Assembly (NCBI RefSeq): GCF_006345805.1
Contig: NW_021824834.1
Span: 1,648 to 65,647 of the forward strand
Reading direction: 5' to 3'
Length of the DNA stretch: 64,000 bases
From: Octopus sinensis
Taxonomy: Eukaryota
Under the pieces are notes generated by a model. It was not told the origin of the DNA. It searched no databases and was given only the letters and a program-made list of their open reading frames with translations. Shown here in pieces: positions 53,407-64,000 of this stretch (the first letter of the stretch is position 1; each line of letters opens with the position of its first letter). Position numbers and translations under genes: made by a program.

Positions 53407-53409
53407 ATA

Positions 53410-53557
<148 letters not shown>

Positions 53558-54295
53558 ATACGACGAGCGTCTTTCAGTTTCCGTCATACTAAATCCACTC
53601 ACAAGACTGGTCGACCTGGGCTGGGGGCCATAGCAGAAGACACTTGCTCAAGGTGCCTTTGCGTGGTACCTTAAGTAATTCACCCACAAGATACTTACCA
53701 AGGTGCCGCGTAGTTTGACTGAAGCTGAATCTTCTTGGTTGCAAAACGAGCTTCTTAACTACGCGATCATTTTGGCGCCTGATTACAAAAAAAAGCTCAT
53801 ATTTTTATCTCAGTTTGTTTTTCTTCTCTTTTGGGGGGTGGGGGTGAAGGTGGGGGCTTTAAAATGTGTTAATTAGTTTCTTTATATTCTGTATATAAAT
53901 AAACGTCTGTGCGAGTTTGCATATGGTTTTGTGTTTGTGTGCACGTGAACGTGTGTGTGCGCACGCGCGAGTCTGCGTGCACCTGTATATATGCAGGGGT
54001 GTACATTATATAACAAGTAAAAAGACAAAAAAAAAGCAAAAAGAGCAAAGCAAGATAATTAACGAGAAATAATTAGCAACGCAGAGAAAGTTGTTATTTT
54101 TGTATTCAGATTATTTTATTATTAAAATATATATATATAAATGAACAAATTTGACCAAAACAAGTTACTCCATAAATACATTATGGCGAATATCGTATAT
54201 CTTGGCATTTATCAACACCTCGGCACTTTAGATTGTTGAGAGACCACAGGGTTTATTGCTTAATTTCGCATGTTTAAATCTTAAATTCTTTAGGT

Positions 54296-54377
<82 letters not shown>

Positions 54378-54394
54378 CAGATAGACAGACAGAC

Positions 54395-54446
<52 letters not shown>

Positions 54447-54879
54447 ATATAGATAGATAGATAGATGGATAGATAGATTGGTCGATTGGTCAAATCTCGA
54501 CTGTATTATGCAGTGTGTGTGCGTTTATATGTATGGGTATGTATACACATATAACTACATACTCACACACACACACACACACACACACACGTACGTACGT
54601 ACATACGTATGTATGTAGGTATGCATCATATGACAGATTGAGAAAGGTTTTGCAGAGTTAAATACCCACAAAATCACACTCCATTGTCCTGGTAAAGTAA
54701 AAAGACGTTGAATAAAATAGTTCTAAATAACTCTAAAATGTCGAGATGGTCATGGATGGAATGTCTTTAAGCACATGCCTGCTCAGCAACAGCAACAACA
54801 ACAGAAAGAACTTTTCTACTTTGGCATAGGCAGAATATAATTCTTTATATTCTGTAAGTGATAGAAATAATTCTTATAA

Positions 54880-55970
54880 TTTTTGGCACAATGCCAGCAG
54901 GTTTTAAGAAAGGGAAAATTGGTTGTATTGACTTCATTTCTCAATAGGTACTTATTTCATCGAACCCGAAAGAATGAAAGGCAAATTTCGGCTCCGGTGG
55001 CATCTGAACACAGAACGTAAAGAGGCGAAAGAAAGGCTGCTAAGCATTTTATTCTGCGCGGTAACGATTCCACCAGCTCGCAATAATTTTTCCTACTGTA
55101 AGTACAGAGCCTGAAATTTTGAGAGGAGGAGTTAGTCGGTTGCGTCAACCTCATTGTTCTACTGATATTTATTTTATTGACCCCGAAAAGATAACAGGCA
55201 AAGTCGACTTCGGTAGCATTTGAACTCAGAACGTAAAGCCGGAAGACGTGCCACTAAGCATTTTGTCCGGCGTAGTAACGATTCTACCAGCTCGCTGCCT
55301 TCTAAATGGCTTCAAATTTTGGCACAAGTCCAGTAACTTTAAGAGAGTAGGTGGGAAATCGATTACATTGATCCCAGTTTTCAACTGCAGCTTATTTTAT
55401 GGAGCCGAAACGATGGAAGGCAAAGCCGACCTCTTCGGAATTAGTAGTCGAAATAACGGTAAAAAATTTTGGCACAGGGTCAGCAGTTTTGGTCCTTTAC
55501 TAGTACTTATTTTATAGACCCCTAAAGGATGAAAGGCAAGGTCGACTGCGGAAAATTTGATCTCAGACGGACGAAATGTCCGGCATTCTAAATGTCCGGC
55601 ATTCTATCAGCCCACCGCCAGTATCAAATTTAGGTACAAGACCAGCAATTTTTGGAAGGGCTAAGTCGATTACATCGACCCCAGTACTCAACTGGTATGT
55701 ACTCCATTGACCTCGAAAGGATGAAAGGCAAAGTCGACCTGGGCGGAATTTGAACTCAGAACGTAAAGACGGACGAAATGCCGCTAAGCATTTTGTCCGG
55801 CGTACTAACTATTCTGCTAGCTCACCGCCTTGACATAACTAAATACTGGCTTCAAATTTTGGCACAAGGCCAGCAAGTCTGGGTGTTGAGGTTTAAATCG
55901 ATTACATCGAGCCCAGTGCTCAACAGGTCCTTGATTTATTGGCCTCGAAAGGATGAAAGGCAAAGTCAGT
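54880..55970 (-). mobile_element. Head-to-tail cluster of six family B SINE copies or fragments
   Basis: Repeated aaattttggcacaag..gtcgattacat..gaaaggatgaaaggcaaagtcgac blocks starting near 54880, 55090, 55286, 55465, 55620 and 55845. Confidence 0.8.
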
Positions 55971-56741
55971 ATTACAAGCTGACGGAGCTGGATGGAAGAG
56001 GAGGATACTATGTCATCAGTATGAGTAAGTGCGATGTCGGTGGTCTTTCACTAAATCCACATCGATCTAACGCCAAGAGCGGCATTGAGAAAGATAAGTA
56101 TTTGTTGTTGTTGTTGTTGTTGTTTAGCCACAGGGTCGTCCTGATCGAGCAGACCTATGGAAAAATGTACTTAAGTATTGACCGTCTCGTCATTTTCTTT
56201 CCTTTATTTTTATTGTTTTATCTATATGTTCATTTATTTATGCCTACATTATCCAATGTGTCTTTTTTTGTAGCACGGTGGAGTGTGGTTTGAGGGAGAT
56301 TTTATTTCCTTTTTCTAGTAGATTGTTCAACCACATAAAACGTTCCTTATTGAGGTTTATGGGATGTGTTATTTAGGGTGGTGTATGAATCTGGAGAAGA
56401 TTTTTAAATGTAAGCCTCACTTTGGGTTTTGAGGGATTTTTTTCGCTCACAAAACAATGCTTTAGTCGTATTAGCTCCTGTTCGTCTTCAGGTGCCATAT
56501 CTGTATTTCGCGTGTGTAATTTACACAGGATCACGCCGAGATTGCACGTATGAACATTTAGTTCATGTACGAGTGTTTCCCAGCATTCTGATCTGCAGTG
56601 TTGATTGAAATATAGGTCAGTTTTGTTGTTGTTGTTGTTGTTTTCTTTCTTTTTTGTTTTCTATTTTCATCATATATTTATTTGATTAGCTGAATGTCGT
56701 GTATAAATCACGTGTCTTCATTCTTATTGAAGGTCATTATA

Positions 56742-56820
<79 letters not shown>

Positions 56821-57599
56821 ATACATATTCATATGCATATATATACACATATATATATGTACAAATACATAAGAAAATTTGAGGGATAATTATAATCCAT
56901 GCTATCACCTCGTTACCATTTCATGAAATAACCTGGTTAGTATAGTGTTCAGTTAACTGGAATAAACATCAGTTAAATTCCAGTAGATTATAAAAGGGAC
57001 CATTTTGCAAATCCAGAGTATAGTCCAATACGCATAAAATAAAATAGAATAAAAAATGTTCGTTTACTGAAACGATTGTAACATCAATCTGAATTTCTCA
57101 TATCCTCATTTCAATTATTACATATACACATACACATACATGCACATATATTATATGTATTATATACACATATACGCATACATATATACATATACACATT
57201 TGTATTTACATATATTTACATACATTAGGATGTTGAAAGACAAAATCAAGCGAATTTATTGTGCACCCTCTCCACCCACGCAAATAGATATATTTGCTGT
57301 TACTTCAAGTAACCTATCCATTTTAAGGCATTTCGTTCTATACAACAGAACCCGCCGAAAATAACAAAAGTAAGACAAAATTAATTATACTGAGCTTCAA
57401 TAAGGCCTGGTTTAACGAAAGTGTGTAACCTGGAACCAATGAGAGTTTTGTATAGCGCAGTACAGTATGTTACAGCCAACAGTCACTCGCGAACGAGTAT
57501 GACTTGGTAACAAGTACCGTGCTTTCTCTAATTCTTTTTATATACCTACACAGTGGCGAGCAGACGTAGACACAGCCTAGACTCTCTTCAACCTTGATC

Positions 57600-57808
57600 C
57601 AGCGACACAGTCTTCGATGGAAGGTACAACTGAAGGTAAAGACGATTGCACCAGATTGTAATGGGGCTTATGACAGCTGAGAAATCTAGGGTAATGTGAA
57701 ATGAGGCGATTAGCTTAAAGAGACAACACGCCGCGCGTTCCAAGAATTGAAACCACGGCCTTATGAACGGGAGCCGAACGCGTTAACCGCTAGTCCATAC
57801 GCCTTCAG
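57600..57808 (-). mobile_element. Diverged family D-like SINE
   Basis: Minus-strand head gaaggcgtatggactagcggttaacgcg..gtttcaattc, then gcgtgttgtctc. Confidence 0.55.
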
Positions 57809-58062
57809 AATAGTTTTCACATGTACATTGGATCAGGTCAAGCTTTCCGAAAGCTCTTGTCCATTCTGCCAGACAATAAATACGCTCATCAGAGGCTTAA
57901 TAAAAAGAAAAATAATGGAAAAGCTTGTGGTAATTTGTATCAGAGCGATTCAGTTCAAAAATAAAGCAAACGATGATTTTACGTCAAGAGATTTAGCTAT
58001 CAAATGTTGTATGCTTCCCCTGGTATCAAAACTGCATTTAAATTCTCTCTTTGGCAATACTC

Positions 58063-58098
<36 letters not shown>

Positions 58099-58297
58099 GA
58101 ACTATTACTACCCATATATTTTAATTTAACTAAAATAAAAAAAAAGAAATGAACGAACTAGTGAGTTTAGTTTAATGGCCTACCAATCTATACTATGAGT
58201 TTCTTTGCCCTAGGAGTCGGGAAGACACTCGGCAAGAAATGGAAGCAAATTTGAAAGAAGAAGAAAAAAAGATAATAATAATAATAATAATAAACGG

Positions 58298-58365
<68 letters not shown>

Positions 58366-58613
58366 GTGATGATGGTGATGATGGTGATTTCTAAGATAGG
58401 TTCAAGGCCACACATTTTGGTAGGAAGGATATAAAGTTAGTTAAGTCAGTTTCCAGTACTACACTGGTGCTTTTATTTCATCGATTCTGGAAGGATGAAA
58501 AGCAAAGTTTATTTCGGAGGGATTTGAATTCAGAACATAAAGTGACGAAACAAAATATTGCAAATATTTTATATTTGCATTTTTTTTTTTTGCAACGCGT
58601 GAGGGATTAAATA

Positions 58614-59672
58614 TTAAATCCTGGAAATTTCTGGAATGTAAAGCGTCTGTATTGGTAGGGCTATTTTTATAGGAGTTAAATGCTCAGTAGCCATCGGTAT
58701 AATTGTGGAAATCATAGGCGCTGTTGAATCGTCTCTCGGTAAAACACCAAAATCTTTGGTGTTCCCATTTGTGTCTGTTGAACTTGTCTTTTTCAAGGCA
58801 GAAGGCCGTCTTCTGTATATATATTCATGACCATAAATCTTTCGAAACAAAAAGCAACGTATATGATAGAGGACAAAATGCACAAGTTGAAGAAACGGTG
58901 TGATAACGAACGCCAGCAGCAGCGCCATTACTAATGACGTCCAGGGATAGTTCCAGTCCAAAATTCCTGGATAAATTATATTATTTTCGCGGTCCGAGGA
59001 CCAATAACATATATTGAACACTAAGTATATCATACCGTAAAAAATGGAATAAAGAACATGGTAAAGACGGACGGGGTAGGCGCATAGAATTACTTCAAGT
59101 ATTACAAACACCGTGTTCAGGGCATGGATGTTGATGTCTTCAAACGATATTACTGGACACGGTTCATTCTGTATAAATCCAGGATAGATAGCACCGAAGA
59201 ATATAAGTGTGACGATGATGGCCCAGTTGAATACAACACTAAAGACAAGCCATGATAGCTTCATGTACCACGTACTTCGATCAGCTTCCACGCTGAAATT
59301 CGCTTTCATATCCACCTGAAAACCTGCTTCCAGTTCCGACTTACCATGAAAATATATATCCGGATTGAATGACTTTTGGTCGTAGAGTCCACTCGGTAGG
59401 GTCAGTCGACGAATGCTGGTGGGTTTGACCGTGTCGATTACTCTGTTTGTACCTCGCTTCTCCTTCCACATACAGAACAGTGTTATCACGGCTGCCATGT
59501 TAAAGTGTAATACAAGGAGTGAGTAGGTCCAGGTTGTCATGTAAGCCATGATATTGTGACTGACTGGTGAACTGCCATGCGACATCACGATCACGTAATC
59601 CAGCAGACAAGCCATTGTGTAAAACGCCAGGCTGACGCGGTACATTGCAAATACGATGCGAGACCATTTCCA
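58614..59672 (-). CDS. rost: Protein rolling stone-like multi-pass membrane protein, large terminal coding exon
   Basis: 343-aa ORF plus 9 upstream codons (WKWSRIVFA) after a phase-0 acceptor ttttcaaatatttttcag. Family motifs YR..LA.Y, YMTTW, KLSW, HALN..F, PVRLYH, Y..F...YW, IYP.ILDW..P. Family-level call, orthology not established. Confidence 0.88.
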   Translation of the reverse strand, partial: WKWSRIVFAMYRVSLAFYTMACLLDYVIVMSHGSSPVSHNIMAYMTTWTYSLLVLHFNMAAVITLFCMWKEKRGTNRVIDTVKPTSIRRLTLPSGLYDQKSFNPDIYFHGKSELEAGFQVDMKANFSVEADRSTWYMKLSWLVFSVVFNWAIIVTLIFFGAIYPGFIQNEPCPVISFEDINIHALNTVFVILEVILCAYPVRLYHVLYSIFYGMIYLVFNICYWSSDRENNIIYPGILDWNYPWTSLVMALLLAFVITPFLQLVHFVLYHIRCFLFRKIYGHEYIYRRRPSALKKTSSTDTNGNTKDFGVLPRDDSTAPMISTIIPMATEHLTPIKIALPIQTLYIPEISRI

Positions 59673-60025
59673 CTGAAAAATATTTGAAAAGAAAAGAAAA
59701 GAATTAATATTAAATTCAACTAATAATTAACATTCTTTAATTAAGATTATTGAAGCAATTAGCAGACAAAAATTACTCTACGGAATATTCCACTTTGTAA
59801 ACATTTTGTAGAAGGAAGAACAAAGGTCTTAATTTGAAAGATGGGATTTTCCATCAATTTAATCACAACTATAACTGGTTTATCACAATTCCATTTCGAT
59901 CACTATATTTTCCAACTGTCCTTGTGTACCACAATATAAAATAAATGGCGTATATTCTCAGTTCGTAAAATAAATGTGTAAGTATATGTATATATGTGTG
60001 TGTGTGTATGTATGTATATATGTAT

Positions 60026-60101
<76 letters not shown>

Positions 60102-60131
60102 ATATAGTGTGTGTGTTTCTCCTTTCCTTAC

Positions 60132-60187
60132 CCACTGTCTTCGGCGCTTGACATTTTTATAGAGAACTGCACTCTTCATAACTTGCA
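60132..60187 (-). CDS. Candidate small upstream exon of the rolling stone-like gene
   Basis: Acceptor tatttattcttag, donor gtaagg. ATG at 60179 gives MKSAVLYKNVKRRRQW, ending phase 0 and in frame with 59672. No family motif recognised. Confidence 0.35.
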
Positions 60188-60759
60188 CTAAGAATAAATA
60201 CAAGGTTAAATTACTATCTGCTTTTATAGCAGGTGAACGCAGTTAGCTTATCCCGTTCCCGTCCGACTTTTAATTCATGCAATTGAAAAAAAACCGCATT
60301 ATTTATGGGATGACCATATATATATATATATAATATATTAATAAATAAAACATATGCATATATATATACATATATGTACGTACCAACCTCTACATGTATA
60401 TATACACGCATATATGAGTACAGGACACCAAAAAAACGTCGAACACAATGAGAAACGAAAACATAGACACAAACACAAGGAACTGGACATTTTTCTTAAA
60501 TAACAAAAAAATAGAGTACAGGACAAATAACACAAGGAAAAACCCCTTCTTCAGTCGCCATGGTTTCATCTACTCAACGTTTCGAAAGCTCGTAGTCGGA
60601 ATTCGGGTCTCGAAAACGTGCCCCCGCTTCTGGCGCGTCCGCTTCGGTCGTCCGTTCGGACTCCCGGCCCTATTCACTGGTGCGTGCGCGGTCGGGCCGC
60701 GGAGCTCTGCTCGCGTCGCCGCCGCGAGTCGGCACCCGTCCAGCGCTCGTCTTCGCCCG

Positions 60760-60805
<46 letters not shown>

Positions 60806-61105
60806 TAAATAAAAAGGGAACCTGATTAGCCACTATCCGCTCTACTGCGAATATCGGTTATCAGAATATATAAGGAGGAACATCTCTTTAGTAGAAATAT
60901 TTTTCACATCCACCGAAAATTCAGAAAGTTACCTTGAGTCACGGAATATAAAAATAACAAGCGATGAATTGATTGATTCCACTGTATAAACGTTATGCCG
61001 GCAAATCCATTCTTAACTTGTTATGTGTGTGCGTGTGTATTTGTATGTGTGCGTTTGTGTGCGTGTGTGCATGCGTGTGTGCGTGTATCTATAATCTGCC
61101 TGTGA

Positions 61106-61136
<31 letters not shown>

Positions 61137-61222
61137 CATACATATATGTTTGTGTGTATGAATGTATTTATGTATGTATGTATGTATGTATGTATGTATG
61201 TATGTATGTATGTATGTATGTA

Positions 61223-61466
61223 TGTCGGGCATGTGGAAAAGAGTGTAATTCGGCAGGAGGACTTAAACGACATGCAAAGAAAGTACATGAAGCCCAGTTA
61301 CAACTACAGCCGGCTATTACCAGTAAAGGTTTTAGTTGCCAATTTTGTACAAGACATTGTAGATCTTTAGCTGGGCTAAAAAGTCATATTCGATCACAGC
61401 ACCAGAAACAGTTAAGCTTCGTGCAATGGCCATACTCGATAACGAGGGGCAGCCATAATAATAATA
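61223..61466 (+). mobile_element. RTE-clade LINE extreme 3' end with two C2H2-type fingers
   Basis: [14 protein letters not shown] and CQFC..GLKSHIRSQH, followed by an RTE-like 3' end and (ATA)n tail. Truncated at a (TATG)n tract. Confidence 0.7.
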
Positions 61467-62172
61467 TATGTATGTAGATGTTTGTAATACCGTAATATTC
61501 TTATAAATAGATCTTCGTATACGTATCTGGGTGTAGGTCCATTTTGCTTACGTTATCTTCCCACAAAACCAGATTATGTGTGTATGTGAATGTATATCAG
61601 CTTTGTGTGTGTGTGTGTGTGTGTGTAAGAATATGAATATGTCTATACTATCATGCTTGTATGTAGAAGAAAATATATATGTTTGTATTATCAGTATATA
61701 TATCTATTTGTCTCTTTGATTTATTGCTCTTTTAGCACTTTAATTTCCATGCCGTTAGATAAGTGAAAACCTTCCGTCTGCTGACGGTATCCTATATTAA
61801 TTATTCTCTTACTTTTCATCAAGTTTATAGTTTTGCCACTGATAATTCCTGTTTTTCTGACATTATGATATAGACAACGTGTCTGCAATACTATATTTTG
61901 TTCTTTTCCTTGATTTATTCTTTGTAAGTTTTTCATGTATGAATTCTCTCAAAGACTAAATTAAATATTGCTTTCATCGTCCTCTCTAAAGAAACGGTTA
62001 TGTCAGTGCCATTGGAACAATTGTAAAGATCAGGAATATATCAATAAATCGAAGAAAGGTTCAACTTTATCTTTCATCCTTTCGGAGACGATAAAAAGTA
62101 ACAGTCCAAATTATTCACAGACCTCTTAGAACTACTGTTTTTAGTGGGTTGTGAGCAACGGATTCACTACCT

Positions 62173-62213
62173 GTAGCCGATGAAGTATAGCAACGCAGAA
62201 ACACGTGTGCTAC
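62173..62213 (+). ncRNA. Hammerhead-like motif, ACACGTGT family, probably inactive
   Basis: guag-CCGAUGA-A-GUAU(agca)ACGC-A-GAA-ACACGUGU-G-cuac. G at position 17 and a weakened stem II. Confidence 0.55.
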
Positions 62214-62380
62214 GGTTCGATAACCTCATTTATAGTTCAGAGGTGTGCTTTTCACGCTTATTGTCTATAAGAAGAACTTCCGAAGCGAAGATCATTCCAT
62301 GTTCGAGTGTACACTAACGAGTTAAATATGATATTACACACTTATATCCCAATCAACGCTGCTTAGCGCGCCTCTGGTGG

Positions 62381-62411
<31 letters not shown>

Positions 62412-62414
<3 letters not shown>

Positions 62415-62641
62415 CTTTACTACCCACAAGCGGCTAAAGACAGAGGGGACAAACAAGGACAGACAAACGGATTAAGTCGATTACATTGACCCCAGTGCGT
62501 AACTGGTCCTTAATTTATCGACCTCGAAAAGATGAAAGGCAAAGTCGACCTCGGCGGAATTGAACTTAGAACGTAACGGCAGACGAAATACGGTTACGCA
62601 TTTCGCCCGGCGTGCTAACGTTTCTGCCAGCTCGCTGCCTT
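62412..62641 (-). mobile_element. Family B SINE, full length
   Basis: Same sequence as 41873-42104. Confidence 0.88.
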
Positions 62642-62691
62642 ATGTGTGCCTGTGGGTGTGTGTGTGTGTGTGTGTGTGAGTGTGAGTATAT

Positions 62692-62776
<85 letters not shown>

Positions 62777-63009
62777 GCAAGGGTATAAAAGGTATTGGTA
62801 TCTAGAAGACCCAAAGAGTGGCAGGTAACGCTAAGTAGGTGCTATGGACAGACCGTGGTTAAACTCTTAGTTCAATAGTGATACGAGTGAGGAATTTAAT
62901 GAGGGTTTTGTATTAGCATGTATATATATTATTTTAAACAAAATGAGATAACAAAGCCAAGGATGTGAAGAGTTTTCAGGACATTTATAAGGAAAGAGAT
63001 ATAAACATA

Positions 63010-63056
63010 GTCTTACAGCTGTTTCTGGGATATTATGAATATCCCTTCATCAGAGG
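63010..63056 (-). ncRNA. Hammerhead motif, ACAGCTGT family
   Basis: cu-CUGAUGA-A-GGGAUAUU(cau)AAUAUCCC-A-GAA-ACAGCUGU-A-ag. Perfect 8-bp stem II, stem I 2 bp. Confidence 0.65.
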
Positions 63057-63144
63057 TTTTTCATTTGCAATTCATTGTAAAAACGTGCGTTTCGGATGTA
63101 TACTGTGACAAATTAAACGCAGTAATCCATTAGATGCATCCAGT

Positions 63145-63921
63145 ACGAGATGATATCAAAAAGTTTCCGGGCTAGTTCTACAATGCGGCAACAGATTGCA
63201 GCACATGGTTGCGTGCACAGCGAGACCTAACAGTGACTTTCTTGAGGCAGTGTACCGAATGAGATCGCTGTGTTTACTTCGCAAGTTGAGACAAGGCAAG
63301 AAGAGGCAGAAAGAGATGAATCGTCTATAACTATGTGATGCACAAACGATCATGGGAAAGCGCGGCGAATCGCCACAAACTACCTCCGAAGCAGAACTTC
63401 ATCCGAAGAAGGTCATGCCTTCAATTTGATAAGATTGGAAGAGTGTTGTCTTTTGCGTGGTCCTTACCGATTTGGATGTGTACTGTGACCAGCTGGACAA
63501 ATTAAACGCAGTGATCTACCAGAAGTATCCAGTACTTGCTAATCGTAAAGGCACTGTCTTTCATCACGAAATGCCAGATCACACACTTCTTTGTAGACGC
63601 GGCAGAAGTGGGACATTTTACCGTGCCTTCCGTATTCGCCCGACCTAGAACCTTCAGATTTCCACCAATTTCGTTTTCTTCAAAATTCATTGAATTGACA
63701 GACATTAACCTCCAAGAGGATGCAAAACAAAACTTCGCCTAGTTTTTACTAGTAAACACAGGAAATTCTCTGAGCAGGGATCTGCTCAAGATGGCAGAAG
63801 ATACTAGAATGAAAAGGTAATTATATCATTGAATGAATAAATCGCCTGGTGTTTAAAATTTGTATTTTTTGTGTCCTTTTTTCACATAAAAATCCGAACG
63901 GACTGTTTGGACAATCCAATA
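63145..63921 (+). mobile_element. Mariner remnants: a 5' TIR fragment and the C-terminal half of a transposase pseudogene
   Basis: ELHPKKVM, YCDQLDKL, NRKG.VFHH, PYSPDLEPSDF motifs. TIR-like ends tacgagatgatatcaaaaagtttccg and ttggacaatccaa-TA. Confidence 0.8.
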
Positions 63922-64000
63922 TGATACACACACACACACATATATATGTACATTTATACGTACATACATACATGCATACATGCATATATGCATACATATA

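Noticed and set aside
60540-60600. GAAAC and CTGAAGA motifs on the minus strand (similar at 46300-46330)
   Set aside because: The order is permuted and no stem I or closed stem II could be built.
61154-61477. Two C2H2 fingers as part of a host zinc-finger gene
   Set aside because: No TGEKP linkers, truncated at a microsatellite, and followed directly by an RTE-like 3' end and (ATA)n tail.
61721-61936. 71-aa ORF with faint similarity to R4/Dong RT (EGFHLSNGMEIKVL)
   Set aside because: Too short and too diverged to support a call without a profile search.
62367-62382. CTCF-like site (CCACCAGAGGCGCGC on the minus strand)
   Set aside because: Spacing departs from the core consensus, and a single imperfect match is uninformative.

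Overview
AT-rich, microsatellite-dense animal genomic DNA, most likely an octopus/cephalopod. That is inferred from the tRNA-derived SINE families and the (TA)n/(CA)n/(CATA)n load and was not verified by a search. Only one host coding exon is well supported: a 1059-bp minus-strand exon (58614-59672) of a rolling stone-like membrane protein. Most of the rest is transposon debris: two L1/Tx1 LINEs, CR1, several RTE pieces, a decayed R4/Dong-like RT, a Neptune-type Penelope-like element (PLE) GIY-YIG end, two mariner remnants, four modular SINE families with visible target-site duplications (TSDs), foldback repeats and a tRNA-Pro pseudogene. Almost all long ORFs in the supplied track are microsatellite artefacts. 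The most striking unannotated signal is a set of ten minimal hammerhead-ribozyme (HHR) motifs in 64 kb, five of them within 43.7-49.2 kb. They fall into about seven sequence families, most sit in short modules next to (TA)n tracts, and each family has a different self-complementary helix III (ACCGGT, ACGT, AGTACT, ACAATTGT, ACAGCTGT, ACGATCGT, ACACGTGT). All folds were done by eye and activity is untested. SINE family letters A-D are my working labels, and most element ends are approximate.
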